Positions 46,295 to 55,395 of a stretch of DNA of 64,000 nucleotides are shown in pieces. Both the position numbers and the translations under genes were made by a program. Below the pieces are notes generated by a model. The model saw only the letters and a list, made by a program, of their open reading frames with translations. It ran no database searches and was not told the DNA's origin. The stretch comes from Chloroflexota bacterium (GTDB lineage Bacteria; Chloroflexota; Anaerolineae; UBA1429): the NCBI GenBank assembly GCA_034722245.1, contig JAYENT010000043.1, positions 93 through 64,092 of the forward strand, in the 5' to 3' direction. How positions within the stretch are numbered: position 1 is the first letter of the stretch; each line of letters begins with the position of its first letter.

Positions 46295-47731
46295 ATGAAT
46301 TTCATCTTTTTCTTTCCCGACGAGATGCGGGCGGAGAGCGTCTCCTGTTACGGGCACCCGCTAGTCAAGATGCCCAACTATGACCGGCTGGCGGAGGAAG
46401 GCGTGCGATTTGACCAGTGTCACGTCCAGCATCCCGTCTGCTCCCCTTCGCGCTGTAGCCTGATGACGGGGTGGTATCCTCACGTGCGAGGCCATCGCAC
46501 CCTGTGGTATCTGCTGCGGACGGATGAGCCCAGCCTGTTTCGCTATCTGAAAGAGGACGGCTACCACATAGAGTGGCATGGTAAGAACGACGTCTATGCT
46601 CCCGACTATTTCCCCTTGGCCGTCGATCATTGGGACGCCTCGGAGGGCGGCCATGCGGGCATCAATCCCTATGAACAGGATGAGGCTGCCTATTACAGCT
46701 TTCTTTGCGAGCCCTTTTCAGGGGGAGCGTATGACACCCGCGACATGCGCAACGTCCAGGATGGGCTGGGATTTCTGTGTTCTCGTCATAGGGGCGATAG
46801 GCCTTTCTTTCTGTATTTCCCCCTCTCCATGCCACATCCCATGTACTCCGCGCCTGAACCGTATCATAACATGTATGATCCTGACGATCTATCCCCTCTG
46901 CGCCCGGCCGATCTGGAGGACAAGCCGGATTTCCATCGTCTGATAAGGGAATACCGCCGCCTGGACAGCCTTCCAGAAAGTTTCATGAAAAGGATTCAGG
47001 CCGTCTATTTGGGCATGAACAGCTATGTGGACTGGATGCTGGGGCAGGTGTTAGATGCCCTGGATGAGACGGGGCTGGCAGAGGAGACCACCGTCTTTGT
47101 CTCCTCGGATCATGGTGACTGGGCAGGAGATTACGGTCTGGTGGAAAAGTGGCCCAGCGCCCTCGACGATACGCTGACGCGGGTGCCTCTCTTGGTGCGC
47201 ATGCCGGGTAACAAGGCGGGACACGTGATCCAGGAGCCGGTCGAGTTGTTCGACGTCATGGCCACCGTGCTGGAGTTGGCGGGGATAGAGGCGCGGCATA
47301 CCCATTTTGCGCACTCGTTGCTACCACAACTGCGGGGGGCAGCGGGGGACCCAAAGCGTGTGGTATTTGCGGAAGGAGGCTATGATCCCCATCAACCCCA
47401 CTGTTTCGAGGGGCGATGGGGCGACTATGGCATCCCCCGTTCGCCAGCGCATATCTACTGGCCCAAGGGATTGCAGCAGCAGGAGCATCCGGAAAGCGTC
47501 TCTCGTGCCACCATGATGCGCACGATGGACTATAAGCTGATTTATCGTCCCACGGGCATGAGTGAACTCTACGATCTGCAGAACGATCCGCGCGAGTTAC
47601 ACAACACCTATTACGATCCGGGATATGCAGCGGTGCGCAGGGATATGGAGTCTCGCCTGCTGGACTGGTACGTTCACACGGCGGACGTGACGGCCTGGGA
47701 CGAGAATCCGAGAGGCTTGCCTATAGCATGA
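46295..47731 (+). CDS. Sulfatase (Cys-type, formylglycine-dependent)
   Basis: CSPSRCSLMTGWYPH (C-x-P-x-R) and SSDHGDW. Confidence 0.85.
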   Translation: MNFIFFFPDEMRAESVSCYGHPLVKMPNYDRLAEEGVRFDQCHVQHPVCSPSRCSLMTGWYPHVRGHRTLWYLLRTDEPSLFRYLKEDGYHIEWHGKNDVYAPDYFPLAVDHWDASEGGHAGINPYEQDEAAYYSFLCEPFSGGAYDTRDMRNVQDGLGFLCSRHRGDRPFFLYFPLSMPHPMYSAPEPYHNMYDPDDLSPLRPADLEDKPDFHRLIREYRRLDSLPESFMKRIQAVYLGMNSYVDWMLGQVLDALDETGLAEETTVFVSSDHGDWAGDYGLVEKWPSALDDTLTRVPLLVRMPGNKAGHVIQEPVELFDVMATVLELAGIEARHTHFAHSLLPQLRGAAGDPKRVVFAEGGYDPHQPHCFEGRWGDYGIPRSPAHIYWPKGLQQQEHPESVSRATMMRTMDYKLIYRPTGMSELYDLQNDPRELHNTYYDPGYAAVRRDMESRLLDWYVHTADVTAWDENPRGLPIA

Positions 47732-47748
47732 GGTATCCCGCAGGGTGG

Positions 47749-48264
47749 TCAACTCTCTTTGGTATAGTAGTCTGGTTCATAGCGCAGGGCTTTGCCAGAT
47801 AGGGGGCACACTTCCACGCAAAGTGGCCCCTCTTCCCGTTCGTTGCAGAGGTCGCACTTGATGGCCAGCCTCTTATGCGGATGCCTTTTAGGTATGTCCC
47901 AAGGGCATGCATCCCGGCACTGCATGCAGCCCACGCAGAGCTCCTCATCTATGATCACCGCACCGGTGCGCGCATCGCGTGACATGGCGTCAAGGGGACA
48001 GGCCTCGATACATGGGGCCTCCTCACATTGGGAGCAGATGGTCGCCGAGATGGGATCGGTTTCCTTGAACTCGTCGAAGTGGATATTGATACGGGCCATG
48101 GAAGCGCCGGCTTTCCCCTCGTGGTATATAGAGCACGCAATCTCGCAGACCTTGCATGTACGACACGATTGGGGATCAAAGATGATTCGTCCCCTGGCGA
48201 TCGATCCGACGGCATCGGATTCTACAGAGCCTCGTTGCTTGCTATTGGGATATTCTGTCATCAT
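47749..48264 (-). CDS. 4Fe-4S ferredoxin-type protein, DmsB/NrfC-like with four cluster motifs
   Basis: CRTCKVCEIAC, CSQCEEAPCIEACP, CVGCMQCRDACP and CDLCNEREEGPLCVEVCP. Confidence 0.8.
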   Translation of the reverse strand: MMTEYPNSKQRGSVESDAVGSIARGRIIFDPQSCRTCKVCEIACSIYHEGKAGASMARINIHFDEFKETDPISATICSQCEEAPCIEACPLDAMSRDARTGAVIIDEELCVGCMQCRDACPWDIPKRHPHKRLAIKCDLCNEREEGPLCVEVCPLSGKALRYEPDYYTKES

Positions 48265-48289
48265 CCTCTCTTTTCATAAAGGGCTGTCC

Positions 48290-48317
48290 GTGGGAGAATC
48301 GCAAAGCGATTCTCCAC
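48290..48317 (+). repeat. Solo half-element (GGAGAATCGC-AAA-GCGATTCTCC hairpin only), intergenic
   Basis: GTGGGAGAATCGCAAAGCGATTCTCCAC lies between the ferredoxin start and the GNAT stop. Confidence 0.75.
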
Positions 48318-48321
48318 TTAC

Positions 48322-49458
48322 TCAAACGGCTTTGCTATAAACCTGCCAGCGCTTGTATATGCGCGCTCCCAAGCGCTGCGCCAGTCTTGGCGTCATGGGA
48401 TTATCAGCCCCCGTGATGGACATGTCCAGCCAGCGATAGCCCTTGGCCAGGGCGCGTTGACACATCTCGTGGAGCATAAGAGCCGCCACGCCGCGTCCCC
48501 AGTACCAGGGAAGGACGAGGATGCTCTTGATGCAGAGACACTCGGGGCGTCTGCGCATGGCGCACCAGGCCCGAAGCTTGTCCCAGGGATACCGCAACCC
48601 GTTGGCGTGTATTAGGACCTCGTTAAAGTTGGGTAGCCCGAGCAAAAAGCCCACCTCGCGGCCGTCTATTGTGCCGAAAAGCACCAATTCGGGATCAATG
48701 ATCTCCTCTATACCCCTTGCCAGGGACTCCAGTCTGTCGCGATCCCATGCCACGTGATCGGGGAGTACCCTTAAGGTCTGGTTGAGCAGATGCACCACGC
48801 GGCTCACTTCGCCGTCCCAGTCGTCCGCATCCGCACCGCGAACGGACGCTCGCCCACGCTCGCGTACCTTGTTAGCCACACGGTGGAGTTTGGCTGCTGG
48901 GCCCTCTGGGTCGGTAGCTGCTTCCAGAGACGCTTCGAAGGCGATGTTTTGCTCTCTGCCAGGCACGAACCCGTAGCGGTCAACGAATTCTCGATAGTAG
49001 GGCGGCGTGTGTCCGCAAAAGAGCGTCGGCGGACGGTCGTACCCCTCGAGGAGGATGCCGTATCCGTCCTCATAGTCAAGGTTGAAAGGACCATAGAGGT
49101 TGTCCAACCCGTGACGGCGGGCCCACGTCGCAGCATGGTCCCACAGGGCGGCGGCGACCTCATACTCCCGAACGTAGTGATTGAAACCGAAGATGCAGTC
49201 GCGGCCCCCCAGTTGCTGGTTCCGTGCATCATCTTTGGCGCAGCAGATCGTCCCCACAGGCTGGTTCCCTTCCCAGGCGATGAAAAGCTCTGCCGTGGCG
49301 TGTTGGAACCACGGGCCGTGCTCAGGATCCAGGCGCTTGTCCCACTCGCTGAGTATGGGGGGGACCCACAGCGGGTCGCCACGAAAGACGCGCCAGGCAA
49401 AGGTCAGGAAAAGTCGACGCTCCCGCGGCGTATTGACTGGTCGAACCGCCAAAGGCAT
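48322..49458 (-). CDS. GNAT family N-acetyltransferase (large, about 378 aa)
   Basis: Acetyl-CoA loop-like WYWGRGVAALM near the C-terminus. Overall GNAT-type call made by eye. Confidence 0.55.
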   Translation of the reverse strand: MPLAVRPVNTPRERRLFLTFAWRVFRGDPLWVPPILSEWDKRLDPEHGPWFQHATAELFIAWEGNQPVGTICCAKDDARNQQLGGRDCIFGFNHYVREYEVAAALWDHAATWARRHGLDNLYGPFNLDYEDGYGILLEGYDRPPTLFCGHTPPYYREFVDRYGFVPGREQNIAFEASLEAATDPEGPAAKLHRVANKVRERGRASVRGADADDWDGEVSRVVHLLNQTLRVLPDHVAWDRDRLESLARGIEEIIDPELVLFGTIDGREVGFLLGLPNFNEVLIHANGLRYPWDKLRAWCAMRRRPECLCIKSILVLPWYWGRGVAALMLHEMCQRALAKGYRWLDMSITGADNPMTPRLAQRLGARIYKRWQVYSKAV

Positions 49459-49463
49459 TCTGC

Positions 49464-50840
49464 CTATTCTCCCTCAACTTGCTGCCGGAGGCGGCGTTGC
49501 GCGAGGGCTCGGCGCACGGCGAGGTGCTCCTCCCTGCTGATGGGATACGCGATAGCGAAGGCGATGCCACCGCAAAGGAGCAATGCAGGCATTGGTCCCG
49601 TAAAGGCACGAATCATCGTCAAAGCCCTTTTGCCCTGGGAGGCCGCATTGGGCACATAGCCGGACCAGTCTAGGGCTATGCCAAGAAGGAACAGTGCTAG
49701 GCCTGTGGCCGCTTTCTGCATAAGCATAAGCAGGCTATAGAACATGCCCTCGTGTCGCTGCCCCGTCAGGAGTTCATCCCACTCGATAGCATCGGGGATG
49801 ATGGCCCAGGGTAGCACATGAGCTGCGCTCACACCGATGCCCGCCAGAGCCGCCAGGGCAAAGATGACGAGTGGAGGGGTCTCCGGGCTCGTGAGAACGA
49901 GAACTATTTGCACAAAGCACCAAAAGGCGATCCCCCCTATATAGGCCAGGCGTTTGTTGCTATGACGCGATATCCAGTCCCAGAGGGGAAGAACGAGGAG
50001 CGCCGTGACAAAGACGACGGCAAAGATGGCGTCGCTTTGGTTTTCCATGTGCAGCCAATATTTGAGAAAGTACAGAAGAACCGCCTGGATCACGTTCACA
50101 GCCAACCACGTGAGAAGGAACAGTCCGATGCTCAGCAGGAAGGGACGATTGGCGAGGATAGCCTTCAAGGACTCTCGCAAGGATGGCGAGCCCACCGCTT
50201 CCGGCTCATGACGCTCTTGGGTGCCCAGAAAGGTCACCAACAGGGGCGTTGCGCTTGCCAATGCAAAGACGACGCCATTGAGCCAGACGCGGGAGCTGTT
50301 CTCTGGTCGAAATGACCCGATGATCAACCAAGGCACGGTAAAGGCTATCAGGCTTCCCAGGATCGAGAAAGCCATGCGGTACGTCGTCAGCGTCGTGCGT
50401 TCATCGTAGTCTGGCGTCAATTCAGGGGTGAGGGCAAAGTAAGGCATGTAGACGAACGTGGCCGCCACGTCGTAGAGCACGTAGGCGCCGACATAGAAGG
50501 CAGTGAGCCCTAGTTGGCTCCGAAAAAAAGGTTTCCACCAAAGCAAGGTAAAGGTAACGCCAAAAGGGATGAACCCAAAGAGCAGAAAGGGCCTGCGTCT
50601 CCCCCATCGGCTGGACGTGCGGTCGGAGATGTGTCCGATGATGGGGTCGTTGATCCAATCCCACTGCTTGGCGATCATCATCGCCATCCCCGCCAGGGCG
50701 GGGCGCAGCCCCACTACATCAGTGAGAAACAGCAAATAGTATACACCTATCAGGGTGCTTGTGAGGCTAAAGCCTATGTCACCCAAACCATATAGGAGTT
50801 TGCTTCGCCGAGAGAGATAACTGCGTGTGGGCTCAGACAA
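49464..50840 (-). CDS. MFS transporter, glycoside-pentoside-hexuronide (GPH) cation symporter family
   Basis: LLYGLGDIGF, DRTSSRWGRRRPF and about 12 TM segments. TTG start at 50840 preceded by AAAAGGGGGG. Start uncertain. Confidence 0.8.
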   Translation of the reverse strand: MSEPTRSYLSRRSKLLYGLGDIGFSLTSTLIGVYYLLFLTDVVGLRPALAGMAMMIAKQWDWINDPIIGHISDRTSSRWGRRRPFLLFGFIPFGVTFTLLWWKPFFRSQLGLTAFYVGAYVLYDVAATFVYMPYFALTPELTPDYDERTTLTTYRMAFSILGSLIAFTVPWLIIGSFRPENSSRVWLNGVVFALASATPLLVTFLGTQERHEPEAVGSPSLRESLKAILANRPFLLSIGLFLLTWLAVNVIQAVLLYFLKYWLHMENQSDAIFAVVFVTALLVLPLWDWISRHSNKRLAYIGGIAFWCFVQIVLVLTSPETPPLVIFALAALAGIGVSAAHVLPWAIIPDAIEWDELLTGQRHEGMFYSLLMLMQKAATGLALFLLGIALDWSGYVPNAASQGKRALTMIRAFTGPMPALLLCGGIAFAIAYPISREEHLAVRRALAQRRLRQQVEGE

Positions 50841-50990
50841 AGAAGCCCCCCTTTTCGACCACCATACCTTGATGCATTGACCGTATTTTAACGACTTGCC
50901 GTGACAACCGCAACTGGCGGTGTCGCTCTGACGCCAAGACGGTGGAATTGTGCTACAATGCACATGGTGCTGGGAGGGGGGAGAGAGACG

Positions 50991-52004
50991 ATGAAAAAAT
51001 CGTGTCTGTTTCAGGTTTTTCTATTCGCCGTTCTTGTCTTCGTGGCGACTATGTTTCTGCGTGGCTACATCAGGGGCTGTCGCGGCTCACAGGAAGATGC
51101 GGCGGTCGTCGGCCGTCGCGTTGGGGGCTCGGTTTCCTCGCAGGACGGGCAAGGAGAGGACGCCGATGAATCAAGAGCCAGGGGAACGGGCATAGAGGGC
51201 CTTTCCTCGCTTCCGGTCAGTAGTCTTATGATTGATGCGGCCCGGGTGCGGGGCCTGGCGGTCAGCGAACGCTTCTTTTTTGTTTCATCCTTCGATCCCA
51301 ATCGGCGTGTGGGCTATTTGTACAAAATCGACCGTGAAAGTCGCGGCGTGGCCCAAATTCGTACAGTGAAAGAGGATGGGCGATATCAACTGGGGGGACT
51401 CTATGTCAGCGCTGATTCCCTGCTGGTCCCCCTGGCCGGTGACGAGACCGATCCCGTTAGCTCCATCCTCACCTTGGATACCCGCTACTTGGAGATTCAA
51501 GATGCGTTCAGCGTCGGTTGTCGTATACAGGCTGTGGCTCGGGGGGCAGATGGTTTGATCTATGGCTATAGTCCCGATGCGAGCGTTTTCTATGCCTGGA
51601 CGCCCACTGGAGAGGAGGTGCGCAAAAGGACAATCTATACCGAGGCGGAATACCATGATGTGGAGTTTTTGCAGGGCAGCCTCGTCTGTGCGGGGGTGGA
51701 GAATCGCAAAGCGACTCTCCCAGGGAATATGCGTAGTATATTCCACGTGGACGGGCAAGGCGGGGTCATAGACGTCATCGATCCCCAGACTTTCACTTTG
51801 CTCGTTCGCCACCGGTGCTACACCCGCACGCCGGACCAGCAGTGGGTCACCAGCCGGGGGTTCGCCTTCTTCGACGGCATGTTCTACTTTGTGCCCGACG
51901 AAGGCCACTTTCCTACATTAATGACGTATGTGCTGGACGGGGTCACCCTTTCCGAGTACGTTCCCAGCGTGGGTCAGGGAGTCGAGTCTCTGGGAGTTCA
52001 GTGA
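50991..52004 (+). CDS. Hypothetical membrane-anchored protein, possibly beta-propeller; carries an in-frame 51-nt palindromic element
   Basis: ATG after GGGAGGGGGGAGAGAG, and an N-terminal TM helix (LFQVFLFAVLVFVATMFL). No family recognised. Confidence 0.5.
   Translation: MKKSCLFQVFLFAVLVFVATMFLRGYIRGCRGSQEDAAVVGRRVGGSVSSQDGQGEDADESRARGTGIEGLSSLPVSSLMIDAARVRGLAVSERFFFVSSFDPNRRVGYLYKIDRESRGVAQIRTVKEDGRYQLGGLYVSADSLLVPLAGDETDPVSSILTLDTRYLEIQDAFSVGCRIQAVARGADGLIYGYSPDASVFYAWTPTGEEVRKRTIYTEAEYHDVEFLQGSLVCAGVENRKATLPGNMRSIFHVDGQGGVIDVIDPQTFTLLVRHRCYTRTPDQQWVTSRGFAFFDGMFYFVPDEGHFPTLMTYVLDGVTLSEYVPSVGQGVESLGVQ
51696..51746 (+). repeat. 51-nt twin-hairpin palindromic element, full copy, in-frame inside the hypothetical CDS
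   Basis: GT-GGAGAATCGC-AAA-GCGACTCTCC-CAG-GGAATATGC-GTA-GTATATTCC-AC. Translated as VENRKATLPGNMRSIFH. Confidence 0.85.
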
Positions 52005-53176
52005 TCGTGCGGGCCACGCCATATCCCCTTTTCCGTGTCCCAGTCCCATCCCGGCGCATCGACGTGAGCCTCCAACCTGGGCCACCCGGCCTGAATGCGG
52101 GCTTGTGTAACATCCCACGGGCGAACGCCGCTGGTGGCATCGGCCGTCTCCACGTTGCACGCTCCGACGGCCACCGCCGAGGTGGCGGCTCCCTCGGGCG
52201 TCTGGCCGCGCAGTAATCCGCCTAGAAAACCAGCGATGGTCGTGTCTCCAGCGCCTACAGTGCCTGCGACCTCCACCTTGAAGCAAGGAGCCCACAACTC
52301 GCGCTCCCGCCAGTTCTTGAGAGACGTTGGTGTCCCGCGCCCAAGGTCGTCTTCAATCTTGCCGCTTCGCATATAGAGCCCCCTGTGTCCCAGTTTCAGC
52401 ATAACTATCGCTGCCCCCAGGGAGAGCGCTTCTTGCGCTAGGGAGGCGATGCGCCCGGGTGCCAAGGCCTCGATCAAGCCGTCCTGCCCGATGGAATTGA
52501 CCATCTCGTTATATTCATTCTTGTGCAGCATATAGAACAGTTCTTCGACGCTGGGGGCAAAGATGTCCACATAGGGTAGGGTGCGAGCGAGTATGGAACG
52601 CCAATCTGCCCTGCCACTTGGCCGGCTGGGATCGGGCATGGCCATATCCAGCGAGGTGGTTGTTCCGTGCTCCTTGGCATCTCGAAAGATGGTGGCCAGC
52701 GCACGTCCTCCATCCACATACATGCGGCGCATGGCCGGCGGATAGCCAAAATGGAAGAGCCTAGTCGTATCCAGAAGAGGCACTGGGATGTCGTCGGGGC
52801 CAAATGTGTCGTTCGGACCGGGGTAGTGCAGGAAGGTGCGGTCCACACCGGGAGGATTGATGACCAGCGTGTAGGAGCCGCCCTCGCCCTGCGCAATGGC
52901 CAGGTCTTGTACCAGTTTCTCGCTCCTCGCTTCCAAGATGCGATAGGGCAACTGTCCTATGTGGTCGTCGCCGATACGGGCCACGAGGCGCACGTCCAGG
53001 CCGAGCCTGTGCAGCGCCAGACCGGTATTGGAGACGGCGCCCCCGGTGGAGATCACCGCGGCGCCCACCTCTGTGAGGTGTCCAGGTGCGAGAAAGCTAT
53101 CCGATCGCGCCGAGGCGGGCGGTATCTCTGGAATGATGTCTACGCATAGATGGCCCGCTACAAGCACGTCGAACAT
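51998..53176 (-). CDS. PfkB/ribokinase family carbohydrate kinase
   Basis: DVLVAGHLCVD, NTGLAL and TVGAGDTTIAGFL. Confidence 0.8.
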   Translation of the reverse strand: MFDVLVAGHLCVDIIPEIPPASARSDSFLAPGHLTEVGAAVISTGGAVSNTGLALHRLGLDVRLVARIGDDHIGQLPYRILEARSEKLVQDLAIAQGEGGSYTLVINPPGVDRTFLHYPGPNDTFGPDDIPVPLLDTTRLFHFGYPPAMRRMYVDGGRALATIFRDAKEHGTTTSLDMAMPDPSRPSGRADWRSILARTLPYVDIFAPSVEELFYMLHKNEYNEMVNSIGQDGLIEALAPGRIASLAQEALSLGAAIVMLKLGHRGLYMRSGKIEDDLGRGTPTSLKNWRERELWAPCFKVEVAGTVGAGDTTIAGFLGGLLRGQTPEGAATSAVAVGACNVETADATSGVRPWDVTQARIQAGWPRLEAHVDAPGWDWDTEKGIWRGPHDH

Positions 53177-53363
53177 GGTTGCCCTCCTCGGTAGTGTGTG
53201 CGTCTTCCTCTATTATGTAGCGGGTGTGGAATCCTGGCAAAGGGCTATAAGCTGTCGTCGCTTTCAGATTGTAATGGTCGGTGGTTGCTGTTATGCTAGA
53301 TTTCAGGATGTTCACTGTTGTCACGATGATTGATCCATACCGCATTACGTGAGGAGGACGCAT

Positions 53364-55343
53364 ATGTCTGCGAGAGAGCTTACGCCCCTGTCGCTGGATA
53401 GAGTAGAGATCAATGGCCCGTTCTGGGGCCACCGGCAGGCCGTCAACCGGGAGGTGACGCTTCGCGCCGAATACCAGCACTGTAAAGAGACGGGGCGCAT
53501 TGACGCCTGGAAGCTGGATTGGGAGCCAGGGATGCCCAACCCGCCGCACCACTTTTGGGATTCCGACGTGGCCAAGTGGCTGGAGGCCGTGGGCTATACC
53601 CTGGCGACGCATCCGGACGAGGAACTGAAAGCACGCGCCGACGAGGTCATTGATATGATCGCTGAGGCACAGCAGGACGATGGCTATCTCAATATTCACT
53701 TCACTACCGTAGAACCCAGGAATCGCTGGGCGAATCTGCGCGACATGCACGAATTATATTGTGCCGGCCACCTGATGGAGGCCGCCGTGGCCTACTATGA
53801 GGGCACGGGAGATCGCCAGTTGCTGGACGTGCTTTGCCGCTACGCCGATTATATCGACTCGGTGTTTGGGCCCGGAGAGGGCCAAAAGCGAGGCTACCCT
53901 GGTCACGAGGAGATCGAACTGGCGCTGGTCAAGCTTTATCGTGCCACAGGCAAGGCCCGCTATCTCGATCTGGCTACGTTCTTCATCGATGAGCGGGGAC
54001 GTCAGCCCCACTATTTTGATATAGAGGCCAGAAGGCGCGGCGAGGGTCCGGGCGACTACCGCTTTGGAACTTACGACTATGCCCAGGCCCATCTGCCCGT
54101 TCGTGAGCAGACCACGGCGGAGGGCCATGCGGTCAGGGCCATGTATCTTTATAGTGGTATGGCCGACGTGGCGGCCGAGACCGGGGATGATAGCCTGCTG
54201 GCCGCCTGCGAACGTCTGTGGGAGAACGTGACGCAGCGCCGTATGTACGTCACCGGCGGCGTCGGTTCGTCCTCTCACGGGGAGCGCTTCACCATCGATT
54301 ACGACCTGCCCAACGATCTGGCCTATGCAGAGACTTGTGCGGCCATCGGCCTCGTATTCTGGGCGCATCGCATGCTGCAGTTTGAGGGCGATGGGAGGTA
54401 CGCTGACGTCATGGAGCGCGCTCTGTACAATGGCGTCCTGAGCGGCGTGTCCCTCAAAGGCGACAAATTCTTTTACGCCAATCCGCTGGAGGCGATTCCC
54501 GCGCTATACGAGGCGCGCCCCGATCTCTTTGGCAGGGATGCCATCTCTTACACGCGACAGGGCTGGTTCAGCTGTGCGTGCTGCCCGCCCAACCTGGCGC
54601 GCCTCATCGCCTCCCTCGGACAATATATCTACTCGGAAAGCGAGGGTGGAGAATCGCAAAGCGATTCTCCCAAGGAATATGCTGCGCATATTCCCGAGGG
54701 GATATACGTGCACCTGTACGTCGGGGGCAGCGGAACCTTTGACGTCGACGGACGGGAGGTTGTCCTCTCCCAGGAGACGCGTTATCCATGGGAAGGTGAG
54801 GTGACGATTACCGTGCAGCCCGAGGCGCGGGTGCGCTTCCCTTTGGCTCTGCGCATACCGGGGTGGAGCCGGGGGGCGACGCTGCAGGTCAACGGCCAAC
54901 CCGTGGACGTGGCGTCACAGTTGGAGCGGGGCTATGTGAAGCTCGAGCGCGTGTGGGAGCCGGGCGACCGCGTCGTGCTCGATCTCCCCATGCCCGTGGA
55001 GCGTGTGGAGGCGCACCCATCGGTTGCTGAGGATTGTGGACGTGTGGCCATCCAAAGGGGCCCCCTCGTCTACTGCCTGGAGCAGGTGGACAATGGTCCC
55101 AACCTGCGCGGTATCGTCCTTCCTGCCGATGCCGAACTGCAGGCGACCTTTAAGGAGGGTCTTCTCGGCGGGGTAGTGGCCATCGAGGGCGAGGCCAAGA
55201 GGCGAGACCGGGGGCAATGGGACAACGCTCTGTATAGGACAGTACCGTCCGCGTCGGAGACAGTGCCCATCAGGGCCATCCCCTACTATGCCTGGGCCAA
55301 CCGAGAGCCTGGTGAGATGCTGGTGTGGATTCGGCAGGGGTAG
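53364..55343 (+). CDS. Glycoside hydrolase family 127 (DUF1680, beta-L-arabinofuranosidase-like)
   Basis: Typical GH127 sequence with the conserved CACCPPN cysteine motif. The ATG at 53364 lies 7 nt after GAGGAGG. Confidence 0.85.
   Translation: MSARELTPLSLDRVEINGPFWGHRQAVNREVTLRAEYQHCKETGRIDAWKLDWEPGMPNPPHHFWDSDVAKWLEAVGYTLATHPDEELKARADEVIDMIAEAQQDDGYLNIHFTTVEPRNRWANLRDMHELYCAGHLMEAAVAYYEGTGDRQLLDVLCRYADYIDSVFGPGEGQKRGYPGHEEIELALVKLYRATGKARYLDLATFFIDERGRQPHYFDIEARRRGEGPGDYRFGTYDYAQAHLPVREQTTAEGHAVRAMYLYSGMADVAAETGDDSLLAACERLWENVTQRRMYVTGGVGSSSHGERFTIDYDLPNDLAYAETCAAIGLVFWAHRMLQFEGDGRYADVMERALYNGVLSGVSLKGDKFFYANPLEAIPALYEARPDLFGRDAISYTRQGWFSCACCPPNLARLIASLGQYIYSESEGGESQSDSPKEYAAHIPEGIYVHLYVGGSGTFDVDGREVVLSQETRYPWEGEVTITVQPEARVRFPLALRIPGWSRGATLQVNGQPVDVASQLERGYVKLERVWEPGDRVVLDLPMPVERVEAHPSVAEDCGRVAIQRGPLVYCLEQVDNGPNLRGIVLPADAELQATFKEGLLGGVVAIEGEAKRRDRGQWDNALYRTVPSASETVPIRAIPYYAWANREPGEMLVWIRQG
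54646..54696 (+). repeat. 51-nt twin-hairpin palindromic element, full copy, in-frame inside the GH127 CDS
   Basis: GT-GGAGAATCGC-AAA-GCGATTCTCC-CAA-GGAATATGC-TGC-GCATATTCC-CG. Contributes GGESQSDSPKEYAAHIP. Confidence 0.85.
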
Positions 55344-55355
55344 CGGGTTGGATAT

Positions 55356-55385
55356 GGCACAGGGAGAACGTCCACTCCCTGTGCC
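55356..55385. terminator. Hairpin between convergent GH127 and isomerase genes
   Basis: Perfect 10-bp stem GGCACAGGGA / TCCCTGTGCC with a 10-nt loop. Weak U-tract. Confidence 0.45.
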
Positions 55386-55395
55386 ACGCGTGTTC

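Noticed and set aside
47749-48264. 4Fe-4S protein as an anaerobic sulfatase-maturing enzyme for the adjacent sulfatase
   Set aside because: It has only 171 aa, lacks a radical SAM CxxxCxxC motif, and its cluster motifs are of the ferredoxin/DmsB type. anSMEs are radical SAM/SPASM proteins of about 370-400 aa.
50951-50959. Extended -10 promoter (TGCTACAAT) for the hypothetical gene at 50991
   Set aside because: It is plausible, but there is no acceptable -35 box and it lies only about 30 nt from the ATG. The evidence is too weak to list as a feature.
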